From Selaginella moellendorffii (lineage: Eukaryota; Plantae; Lycopodiophyta), in contig NW_003314291.1 of assembly GCF_000143415.4 (NCBI RefSeq), positions 42,733-106,732 on the forward strand: a DNA stretch of 64,000 nt, given 5' to 3'. Each line of letters starts with the position of its first letter. Position 1 is the first letter of the stretch. A program made the position numbers and the translations under genes. Below are positions 23,636 to 34,739 of the stretch, piece after piece. Under the pieces are notes generated by a model. It was given only the letters and a program-made list of their open reading frames with translations, searched no databases and had not been told where the DNA came from.

Positions 23636-23987
23636 TTAGTTCTTCGACGATCAAATCCAAACGATCACAGTCATAAGCAAGAACAAAGCAAAACTCCGTC
23701 ACCACTCTCGTTGGTATCAAAATGTATATAATTTAATATATTTGTAAAAAAAGTGAAGAAAGTAATTATTATAATTGATTTGTTCTGAAATATTTCATTT
23801 TCGTCGATCTCATTAATAGTTTGGCGGACTTTCGAACAGTATCACGTGGATCTTGCCTACACTTGAAGTCTGTTTCCCTGTTTGATTTTCTTGGGAGAGA
23901 ATCAACACGCATCAGTCTCGTGGGCACCACAATACTCTCTAAACAGCATATAAATAGATAGATAGATTTCGCAAGAACACAGCTAGA

Positions 23988-25877
23988 ATGGAGGCACTGA
24001 TCAATGAGTTTGAGGACATGTGTAGAAATGCAGCAGCTGTTCAGGAGGAGGTCTTGGGGAACATTGTTGAGCACAATGCTTCTTGCGAGTTCCTCCAGAG
24101 CTACAATGTGACCGATGTAGATTCATTCAAAGCTCATGTCCCCGTTGTGGGCTATGAAGACATTGCTGCGAAGATCCAGCGCATGGCAGATGGAGATCCA
24201 GCCTCCATCCTGTGCAAAGACCCCGTCATTGCGTTCATCTCGAGGTTTGATAGCCATATTTTTCTTGCTTAGCTTATGTTTTATGTAGTTCGGGAACAAC
24301 CACTGAGAAGCGCAATGCTTTTCCACTTACCACAAAGTCCTGTGACGTGAAAAACCATGCAATGTACAAGATTGCAGCTGCTTATATAGAGAGGTATATC
24401 AAGCCAAGCCAACAAAATTCTATAATCGGCTTAACCTCTGATGATTTGTTCTTGTGTGTTTGAGCAGGGATTTTCCAGTTGGTTCTTTTCCAACAGCCTT
24501 GGCTTTCATGTATGCTCTCCCTTGCGGGACACTCTCCAAATCAGGGATCCCGATCATGCCCGTTTCTAACTTCGCTTTCACAAGCCAGGCTTACAAAGAG
24601 AGGCCGAGCAGGAGCACGAGTCCAGACGAGGTTATCTGGGGTCCTTGGTGGGAGTCAACGTACTGTCACATGCTCTGTGGACTCATTCAACGCATGGAAG
24701 TGGATTATATTATCTCCTTCTTTGCTTACACCCTTGTCTACGCATTCAACATGCTTGAGGTTGAATGGAGGAACCTCTGTCATGACATAAGAACTGGAAA
24801 ACTGGACGAGAGAGTCAAAGACGTCAAACTGAGAGCAGCTGTTGCAGGGGTGCTGCATGAAGATCCAGATTCAGCTGGCTTCATAGAAGAGGTCTGCAGC
24901 AGCAAGGAGTCATGGGATCAAGGGATAGTTCCACAACTTTGGCCCAAAGCTAAGTACTTACACACTGTGGTAACAGGTGACATGAATCTAGTTTTTTGTT
25001 TCCCTTTGTAATGCGTGGTTTTGCACTTATAGGTGGTATGAAGCCTTACGTTCCTGCTCTAAGGAAATATGCAGGGGGTGTGCACATTATCGGAAAGGCA
25101 TACATAGGATCCGAAGGAGTCTATGGAATAAACATGGATCCCACTACTGAAGCCGAGAATGTTGTCTTCACACTTGTCCCTACGACATTATACATGGAGT
25201 TTCTTCGGCTCAGGGACAACAAGCTGGTGGACTCGAGTAACTTAGAAATCGGTGAGCAGTACGAGCTAGTTATTACCACATATTCAGGTGAGCAGTTGAT
25301 CTTGCTTCATTTGTCATTCACTGGCATGGGCTTTACAGGTTTGTATCGGTACAAAGTGGGGGATGTGGTCAGAGTCGTTTCTTTCTTTCACCAGAGCCCA
25401 CAAATGGCCTTTGAATATCGTACCAGTGCGCTGCTAAGCGTAAACCTGGACGTAACCAGTGAACAAGAGCTCCAGAACGTGGTGAGAAGAACATGCAACG
25501 AAGCAAACCTGAAAATCGTGGATTTCACAAGTCAATCAAACCAGACGGAGCAGCCTGGCTACTATGTCATCTACTGGGAGCTGAAAAACAAGCCAGATTA
25601 CTCCAATCATGCACTTCTAAACAGGTGTTGTGATGTTCTGGATCGCTCCTTCACTTCTTCCACATACATCATGGGGAGAAGAAGTGGCACAATCGGACCC
25701 CTCAAGCTTGTGATCCTGGAAAGAGGCAGCTTTGGCAGGATTATGGAGCATGCTGTGAGCAATGGCTCCGCACCTGGACAGTACAAAACTCCAAGGTGCA
25801 TCAAGAGCCCAAAAGTGCTGAAGATTTTGGAAGAGGGGATTGTGAGCACTTATAGGAGCTCCAAATATCCAAGATGA
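23988..25877 (+). CDS. GH3: GH3 acyl-acid amido synthetase, multi-exon
   Basis: SSGTT, YIGSEG, GLYRYKVGDV, PGYYVIYWE, IGPLKL, QYKTPRC. Confidence 0.93.
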
Positions 25878-26243
25878 TGAAATATGTTCTTACTATAACT
25901 TAATACAATATATCAATTGAAGATATTGATCAATCTTCCACAATGGTTAAATTCTCAAGGTTCTGTTGAAAGCAATAATAATATAAAATCCCCCGAATTT
26001 GGTCAAAACGGAATTACATTTAAAGTTTTTGCTTTTCTCAGCTAAGAAAATGAATATTGCATTTTTAAACAATATGTACAATATTCGATCAAATCTTGAG
26101 TGTCTAGAAACCATGATATTCCACCAAGGTAACGTGTTTGATTTGGCTTCCACTTCTTCAGAGTTTATAACAATTTCCTGACTTGCAATCCATGTTCCTA
26201 CCACCTTTATAAATCGGGGTCAATCCTCCCCAAAGAACGAGCA

Positions 26244-27474
26244 ATGGATCTCCGACTCCAAGCACTGCTTGCGCTGCTACTCATCGTCGCGGCCTCCGCC
26301 GAAGATTGTGGCCGTCAGGCCGGGGGAAGAACTTGCCCACCCGGAATTTGCTGCAGCAAATGGGGGTGGTGTGGAGTCACCACGGATCACTGCGGCGATG
26401 GCTGCCAGAGCCAGTGTGGCGGATCAACCCCCCCGGTTCCTCCAAGCGGTGACGGCGTTGGGTCGATCATCACGTCCTCGATCTTCGAGGACCTGCTCAA
26501 GCACCGCAGGGATTCCGGCTGCGCCGGCGGGTTCTACACGTACAGCGCCTTCATCACGGCCGCGAGGTCCTTCCCGAGCTTTGGAAACGAGGGATCGCTG
26601 GAGCAGAGGAAGCGAGAGCTGGCCGCGTTCTTGGCACAGACATCCAAGGAGACCACGGGTAAGTAAGAATGATCGAGAGATCGAATGCCACCACTCTGTT
26701 GGCTTCCAGAGCTTTGAGTTCTCGAATTTCTTGGAATTCCAGGGGGATGGGCGACTGCTCCAGATGGGCCATATCGCTGGGGCTACTGCTTCGTCGAGGA
26801 GAGGAACAAGGACACTTACTGTCGAGCATCGCAGCAATGGCCCTGCAATGGCGGCAAGAGATACTTTGGTCGAGGACCCATCCAGCTGACATGGTAGTAC
26901 CAAAATCTCTCTTCTTGCTTTTTCTTTCTTGCGTTCTTGTGTGGAGTTTCAAGCGAATTCTCTTGGTTGGAGAGTTTGATCTTGAAATGACAAAGTTCCT
27001 GCGTCTGGATAGAGCTACTCATCTCTAGATTGTCATTTCTTGGCAGTGCCACTTACAAATCTTCTCTCTCGTGGCAGGAATTTCAACTATGGGCTGGCCG
27101 GATCACAGCTTGGCTTCGATGGGATCAACGATCCAGACATTGTTTCGAGAGATCCGGTGGTTTCCTTCAAGACGGCGATCTGGTTCTGGATGACTGCGCA
27201 GAACCCCAAGCCTTCGTGTCACGACGTCATTCTCGGGAACTGGAGGCCATCTGGCGCGGACTTGGCCGCCGGGAGAACCGCGAGCTACGGGACGGTGACC
27301 AACATCATCAATGGCGGACTTGAGTGTGGGATAGGCGAGGATCCCCGTGTCAAGGATCGCATTGGCTTCTTCCAGAGCTACTGCCAGGTCTTGGGGATCA
27401 ATCCAGGATCAAACCTTGACTGCTACAACCAGCGGCCTTTCACACAGCTGCTGCTGGAGAAAGCAAGCCAGTGA
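26244..27474 (+). CDS. Class I chitinase (hevein domain + GH19), 2 introns
   Basis: Signal peptide, 8-Cys CBM18, Pro-rich hinge, [36 protein letters not shown]-terminal extension. Confidence 0.95.
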
Positions 27475-27967
27475 TCAAATCTAGAGGAATAAGAACTTGC
27501 AAAGCTTGCAAAGAATAAGCACTTAGCTCTCAAGATGGAAACTGGAAAAACTTACTCGAAATGTGCTCATTCATCTCGCCCTTTCAGCTCTCGAAATCTT
27601 CTCTAAACCCGCGAAGATTTGCTTTGCTGCTCGTCAGCCCTGCGAAATACAAAGAAACAACGCATTAGAGAGACGATCGAGGTAGCGATCGATCGATGGT
27701 TTTTCCAATCACTGTACGAAATGAAATGAGACAGTAAAACTTGTGCACAGGTAAAGGTTAATGCATAGAAGAAGAAAGACAACACTCTACCTGGAAGCGC
27801 GAGAGCTTGTTGGAGATTACAATCCACAGTGCTCCTATAATCCACAATGCTCCACACGGGCAAAATCTTGTGCTCCATCGACGCATATTTGCAAAACTTT
27901 CTCTGGAAAGAGAGCTAGGAACAAGGATTAAATCCAGCGGAAAACCTCGCAGCTAGTACCTGGAGCT

Positions 27968-30235
27968 TTAGATCCACCAACGGTCTAGATCTGCCCACCC
28001 CGCAGGATCCGACGCCCGAAATTCAATCTCCCGGCTCAGACGCTCCGCGCGCTCGCTGTCGTCGTGGATCTGGCAAGCTCCAAACACCGCCGTGAGCGCC
28101 ACCCTGTTCTTCCCCAGCGGCATGGATCTCGCCAGCTTCTCCGCCTCCTCCAGCCACCCAGCTCGGCCCAGGAGATCCACCAAGCAATCCAGATGCTGGA
28201 CAGAGCTCTCAATCCCGTGATCGCCCACCATAGCCAGAAAGTAGCGCCGGCCTTCCTCCACCATCCCAGAGTGGCTGCAAGCGAAGAGGATGGTGATGAA
28301 AGTCACGTCGTCCGGTTTGATCCCTTCCGAGTCCATCCGCTGGTAGAGCTCGAGAGCTCGCTGGCTATGGCTGTGCTGAGCGAAAGCCGAGATGATAGCA
28401 GTCCAGGAGATGAGCGTCGCCGCTGCCATCCTTCCAAAAACTCTGCTTGCCTCCGCCAGGCTCCCGGACTGGCCGTAGAAAGTTATCAGCGCGTTGGACA
28501 CCGAGGTGCTCGCTTCCAGTCCCTCCTCAATAATCCTGGAGTGGATCATCCTCCCTCTGGCCAGGGAGTTTTGATCCATGCACACCGCCACCAGCCGCAT
28601 GAACGTTGTCTCGTCGCCTCTCACTCCTTCCAGCTCCATCCTCCAAAAGAGCTCGAAAATCTCCTCGCCGCGGCCAGCGTTCACGTAGCTCGTGAGCAGC
28701 GCGTTCCAGCTCGCGACCGTTCTCGCCGGCATCTCGTCAAAAGCCGTCTTTGCTGCCTCCAAGCTCCCATACTTCCCGTAGCAGCTCACGAGACTGGTCC
28801 CAAGAACAGCATCCCTCTCCGAGTCTGTCCCCGTTATACACTCGTGCAGCGTCCGTGTCTGTTCCAAGCTCGAGCAGCTGAGAAGAACCGTGGCAAAAGT
28901 CACCTCGTTCGGCCTCACTCCATCCAAATCCATGCTCCGGAACAGCTTCATTGCTTGATCCGAGAGACCCTCCTGCTGATAAGCCGAGATCATGGCTGTC
29001 CACGCCACCACGTCCCGGCTGGAAATCTTCTCAAACATCCTCTTGGCGTCGACGAGGCTCCCGCAGCGAGAGTACATGTCTAGAACGGCTGTTGCGACAA
29101 CGGGACTGCTACTCTCCATTCCCAGTGACTTCGCCACCCCGTGCACCACTCTCCCATCTCCCAAGTTCTTGGAGAAGCTACACGCATCCAAGCAGTTGAC
29201 GAGCGTGGCATGGTTGGGAGCCACGCCTTCGGCGAGCATTGCTCTGAACAGCAGCAGCCCCTCGTCTGCGAGCTCGTGCTGCGTGAGAGACGAGATCACG
29301 ACGCTCCACGAGACGACGTCCTTGCGTGGGATCCGATCGAAAGCTTGTCTGGCGGAGCTCGGATCTCCACACTTGCTAAACATGTTGGCGATGGAGTTCC
29401 CGACGATGGTGTAGCAGTCGTAGCCGCTCTCGTCGACATGCTCGACCAAGGCTTCTCGCTCCAGAAAACTTGGAAAGCTGCAGCAGGCCTCGCATATAGC
29501 CACGAAAGTCACCTCGTTCGGCTTCACGCCGTCCAGGCTCATCCCGTGATACATGCTCCAAGCTTGCCGGCCGTGTCCTCCCTGGGCATACGCTGTGATC
29601 ATAGCACTCCAAGTGATCACATCCCTCTCCGCCATCCCGTCGAATACTGCTCTTGCTTCTCTCACCCGCCCATACTTCCCATACATGTTGACGAGAGCTG
29701 TCTGGAGAGGCCGATACGTTTCAAACGAGCTCCCAGTGATACACCCATGAACTGTTCTTCCATCGGCTAGACGATCCAAGCTCGCCGAGCAAGAGCTCAA
29801 AACCGTGATAAGCGTCACCTGGTTGGCCCTCACACCTTCCTGGTTCATCCTCCGGAAGAACTGTACGGCTTCCCTGTGATCTTCGTTCTCGGCGTAGGCA
29901 GCGATGATAACTGTCCAGGAGAAGACGTTGGGCTCCTCAATCCCGTCAAAAACCTTCCTTGCGTCACTGACACTGCGACACTTCCCGTATGCTAGCACCA
30001 ACATGTTCGCCAGGTGCCTGTTCTCCGGAAAACACTTGACAATGTGATTGTCAAGCCGCTTCACACCTTCCAGAGATTTACACTCGCGTAGCCTGGAGAC
30101 AATGCTCGAGGGATCTAGCAGCTCCAACCCATCTTCATCTTGACTACAACGATCCTGTGATAACGCTGCAAGACCAGAAAACGAGAGCATCAGTCGCCAA
30201 CTATGGACTACTTGGTGTCTCTTGAACACGAGCAT
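27968..30235 (-). CDS. PLS-class PPR protein with truncated E domain
   Basis: Repeated MYGKCG/VVSWT/PNEVTF motifs; CLVDLLGRAG. Confidence 0.9.
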   Translation of the reverse strand: MLVFKRHQVVHSWRLMLSFSGLAALSQDRCSQDEDGLELLDPSSIVSRLRECKSLEGVKRLDNHIVKCFPENRHLANMLVLAYGKCRSVSDARKVFDGIEEPNVFSWTVIIAAYAENEDHREAVQFFRRMNQEGVRANQVTLITVLSSCSASLDRLADGRTVHGCITGSSFETYRPLQTALVNMYGKYGRVREARAVFDGMAERDVITWSAMITAYAQGGHGRQAWSMYHGMSLDGVKPNEVTFVAICEACCSFPSFLEREALVEHVDESGYDCYTIVGNSIANMFSKCGDPSSARQAFDRIPRKDVVSWSVVISSLTQHELADEGLLLFRAMLAEGVAPNHATLVNCLDACSFSKNLGDGRVVHGVAKSLGMESSSPVVATAVLDMYSRCGSLVDAKRMFEKISSRDVVAWTAMISAYQQEGLSDQAMKLFRSMDLDGVRPNEVTFATVLLSCSSLEQTRTLHECITGTDSERDAVLGTSLVSCYGKYGSLEAAKTAFDEMPARTVASWNALLTSYVNAGRGEEIFELFWRMELEGVRGDETTFMRLVAVCMDQNSLARGRMIHSRIIEEGLEASTSVSNALITFYGQSGSLAEASRVFGRMAAATLISWTAIISAFAQHSHSQRALELYQRMDSEGIKPDDVTFITILFACSHSGMVEEGRRYFLAMVGDHGIESSVQHLDCLVDLLGRAGWLEEAEKLARSMPLGKNRVALTAVFGACQIHDDSERAERLSREIEFRASDPAGWADLDRWWI

Positions 30236-30288
30236 AGGCCACTGACCTAGGCAGCCAAGATTCTCCTTTAAGAAAATAAAGAGTCTGC

Positions 30289-32442
30289 TTACTTTTTAGC
30301 AGGTTTAGGACCCACTCCTCCAGCAAGCTCGTATACTGCTACTGCCACATTTGCTGCGAGCTCGTCCGCTAGCTCTTGAGTTCCAGCTTCCGCATATACT
30401 CGCACCACGTCCTCCGTTCCAGAGGGCCTCACAAATGCCCGACCTTTGGTAAAATTCTCTGCAAAGACAGCTTAGCAAGGAAAAAAAACATATTTTGCAG
30501 AAAAGCCCGACTTACCGACTTCCTTGTCAATCGCACTTTGCAGCTCCGCTGGCCTGGACACCTTTGTTTCGGCATTTGTCGTGGTGATGCATGTCCGGTC
30601 CTTGACTTTCACCTGAAGAAAACGAGAGAAAAATCAGACTCTCAAAGCCTCAATCGGCAAGTTGCGACCTTCAGCTGCCTGCTTGGCACGTCCTCGTACA
30701 GAGCATCCCACTCCCGAACATCCCACACTGAATAAGTGAGGACCACCTCGACCATCAATAATCCACTGATTGCATCTCCTATAGCTTGATTTACCATCTC
30801 GCTGACTGCAAGCAATCTTTTACAGGCTCGCAAACGACTGTTCACTGCAGTCACAAAATGCTTTAGCTGCCAAAAAAAATATCAGCAACTTACGAATTTC
30901 ACTGCTGGCGGACTCTCGCCGAAGAAAGTCCAGGAAGCGTTCGCTGAAGAGAACGGTACCGTGCCCGTTTGCTTCGAAGTACACTCCAATGTCGAGCTTC
31001 TCTGCTTCTTCATGGAGATACTTAACACCTGTCGGGGTTAAGACAACCTCAAGTCCGAGAACTTCCTGCAGATATTTGGTTGAAGATCCATTTGCATACG
31101 CTGTCTGTACTGCCCCCAAATTCACCCTTCCATACCCTGGAATTATACAGTCTTTCTCGGAACCCATTAGTGCTTCAACTTGTTGCTTCAAGAAACGTGC
31201 GAACAGTGATAAGATCTTGTCCCCATCCAAAAGGTGGAAAATTCCATCGCCGGATACGTAAAAGTACGCCAAGCGATCTGCATCGCCATCAACAGTCACA
31301 CACCTGAAAAGGAGTTAAACAACGAACAGAAACATTTAAAAGTTCACACAAATACCTTCTGTCTGAATCCGCGGAAGCAGCAAAACCTGCGGGAAGGACT
31401 TTTTCCTTCTGCACAAAATCAGCACCAGCAAGATGGTTGAGCTCTCCCTCCCCAGAATTCCGCACCTCCAAATTCAAGCCCTCGATAAGCATTTGCAAAT
31501 CAAGTAGCTTTCTCGCACCAACACCATTCGCACCATCGACAACTATGTCTAGGCATCGAGGTACGGCCGGCTTACGAGGATTGAGATCCAGTAGCAATCT
31601 GAAAGCAAACAAAGAGAGCTCAGTAAGCACGCATTGAAAGTTCCATCTTTACTCACTTAAAAGCTTCCGAGAGTTTGGTATAGTAAGCTAGCTCGTTTAC
31701 TTGTGGCTCACCTTTGTTCGTAGCACGAACCATCCAGTGTAGCTGGGGAGTTGTCAAAACTCCCATGTTCACGGGAGCTACTCCCATCGCTTCAATTCCC
31801 TTCCATCACAAAAACAAAAGTAAGAAGAAGAAGAAGAGGACAAAGCGAGAAAAAAAACTTTAAACTGACCTTTACAGCAGCGGCAACCAAAGCCTGGCCA
31901 CTCGGTCTAGTATCTCTTGCAATCAAAACTTTTCCTTTCCAATTTTCGTGGACGCTCTCGTTCTTGATAATCGTCTCCACAACCTGTGACAATTCTTCAA
32001 CACAAAGAGGAAGAAAACGAAGAATCCATCGTGACTTACCTCCAAAACATCCACCGCATTGGCAATATCTTCGGCGAATGGCTCCCAATTCCTGGCGAGC
32101 ATACCTCCGGACGGATCCACCATCTTAACTCCATTGTCCGTCGCCTGGTTGTGCGACGCGGTGATCACCAATCCAGTCGCCTTGCCCGTCACCAGCGACC
32201 TCAATCCAGCCAGGACCCCGGCCCGGAACGCGACCGATCCCAGCACCGACGCCTCGGTGCGAAATCCGGAAGTGCCATACGAGAATCGCAGCCCTGATCG
32301 AGCAATACATTAGAAAATCCCGCCCTCTCAACCCGACCAACCGATCGATCGATCCATCAGTTGGATCGATCAGTAGCAAACCTGGATATTTTGGAAACGC
32401 GAGCGCGGCATTGTGGAGACGATGGCGCCATCTCTCCGCCAT
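30289..32442 (-). CDS. Phosphoacetylglucosamine mutase, multi-exon
   Basis: YGTSGFR, catalytic [40 protein letters not shown]. Confidence 0.95.
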
Positions 32443-33053
32443 GCTCTAAGCTCCGCTGGCAAAACCCTAAACCTAAGCATTCGTTAAAGGAGAATGAAAG
32501 AGAATAAAATCAAAAGATCCTTTCATTCCAAAAGTTGGTGTATCAAACCTTGTCGTGCTTTAACTTAGCGACTGTATTATTAATCAAATCCCATGCCGCA
32601 TTAACATAATGTTCTTGCGCAGCACGGCAGAGAAGAGCTATCCATGATTAGAGTGGGACAAAGGCCGTACCACAGAGTTCCTTTTTCTCCACAAAAAAAA
32701 TGGAAAAAAAATCCCGTATAATCTTTTCGCCCTTCTTTACTCATTTTTTGCGCGCAGTGGCAAGTTGCGTCCCAGCGCACAGCAATTTGTCTGCTGCTGG
32801 AGTACTTGATCGTGCAAAAATTTCCACTCGCGAGCCAGAAGATCATCGATCGATGGATCCCTTCACCACTAGGTAAAATCAATCGAGCCCGGAGATTGAT
32901 GATCTAAGCATTCGCTATACATCGATGCCAAATTCAGTGACGCATAACACTCGCAAGCCTCTATCTTGTCCCGGCCAGATCTGGGCGATCAATGATCTCA
33001 GTGCAAACAGTCCACAATTCGGCCCCACCGTGCCTCCAAGGGAGTGCGCAGGG

Positions 33054-33197
33054 GTATATCCACCGCGATTGGAATATTCCACCGCGACAGGAATATTCCC
33101 TGCTTGGATTTGGCGGGCGCACACGGGCAAGCTCTGGTCTGGGGATCGCACCAACACGTGCAGTCGCTACCTCCGCCCAAGATCCCTTTGAATATTC
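33054..33197. promoter_or_regulatory. Cluster of four P1BS (GNATATNC) elements
   Basis: GTATATCC at 33054; GAATATTC at 33072, 33091 and 33190; TATA-like TTATAAAA at ~33349. Confidence 0.6.
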
Positions 33198-34739
33198 ACT
33201 CCTTAAGAAGATTTTTCTCTGGTCACTTTCTCTCGCGGCATGCTTTTCTTTCGACTTATCAAAACTCTTTGGAAAAGTTTGGCTATGGAGCTTTGACCCG
33301 GCGTTCTCGCCTTCCTACCGTGACGATCACTTATACAAAAATTAGGGTTTATAAAAAAATCCACCACCCATGTTAGCCAAACCAGATGCCCGATCTGTTG
33401 CTGTCAATGACTTCTCTCTTTCTCCAATCTTATCCCTCGAGATCCGTTCGTCCCGGGGAATCGAACCCTCCCCACTCCCACCTTTCCGTACGCATTCCAG
33501 GGGCGTACGAAACCTTGCCCCGGGTGTTCCCGCAACCCGGAACAAGGGGCATCAATCGTCCTGGAGGATGGAATCTACTCTTCATTCTCTGGCGGATTCG
33601 CTCTCGTTGTTTAACCGGGAGCTTAAAGGTGGGTGTCCAGTTAGCACAATATTTTATTTGGTGGCCGGGCCAATCATCGTCTCTTTCCTCCATAGCTCTC
33701 TCTCTCTTTCTCTTCCATTCATTCTTCTTCTTCTTCTCCTTCCACCAGAGCGCTACTTGCAAAGCCTCCTCTCAATCCCTCTTTTTTGTGACTTGGGACT
33801 GCCACTGGCGCTGGCGACCGCTGGCTGGGAGTGTGTGATTGGGATGATGACGGCAGCGATCGATGATTCGCTTGATTGGCTGCCCGATTTCCCCGAGAAT
33901 CGTTCGCCACCGGGCAATGCATCATCCATCCATCGCCCTCAAGCACAGACAGATTCTAGCCTAGTGTGTTGCGTTGCGCGCGCTCATTCCTAGTTCTTCC
34001 TTGATTCTCTTCTTCCAAGAATTTCTTTCCTCGTTCTCAGCTTCGTCGTTACTGTGCTGGGCAAGTTGCAAGCTTCCAGGGCTTCGATTTCTCAGATCTT
34101 CCCACTCCCAAAATCTCTCCTTCGTTTTATCCTCTGTCGCCCTCGCCCAAGATCTCCTGGACAGTGGTTCCCCTCAATCCCGGCAAGAACACCTCTTCCT
34201 CTATCTCCTCTCCCGCTAGGATCAATCGCCCAAAGCTCGCTCGGTGTGTTCTTCCTCTTCTCTCTCCCGCTTGTGTTCTTCCCAAATTTGCCCTTTCCAA
34301 TCGATTGCCCGGACAGCGATGGATACGGCAGAGTTGCGCAGGGATCTCATCAAAGATTTGGAGCAGTAAGTGTGGGAAATTTCTCTCCTGTGGAGCGATT
34401 TCTCGTGGAAGATCTCTCGTGTGTGTGTGAGTCGTGTGCCCCGTTTTCGAGTTCCGTGTGTCCGGTGTGTCCGGTGTCCCGGTGTCCGAATTTCTCTCGC
34501 TACGTAAGCCGCGGTGACAGCGACAAGCCATCGAATTCGCGCGGCCGATCCCAAATTCCAATCGCCGCAGCGAAGCCGCGAGAAGAAATCTCCACGCCAT
34601 CGCCCACAAAACCCATGGATCGATCGATTGGAAAGCTCGCACCTTGGTAGATCTTCCAGGAAGAAGAAGGGGGCTTTTGGTTTGGCCCCGGGAGCGCTCA
34701 TCCCGCGCACTGGAGCGATCAATCTGCCGATCGATCGAC

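Noticed and set aside
28064-29770. Long antisense ORFs over PPR, UGT, syntaxin and ARM genes
   Set aside because: Expected shadows of GC-rich coding sequence; no motifs.
33790-33960. Known miRNA (miR399/miR827) or IPS1-like mimic downstream of the P1BS array
   Set aside because: No match to the mature sequences I recall; kept only as a weak hairpin candidate.
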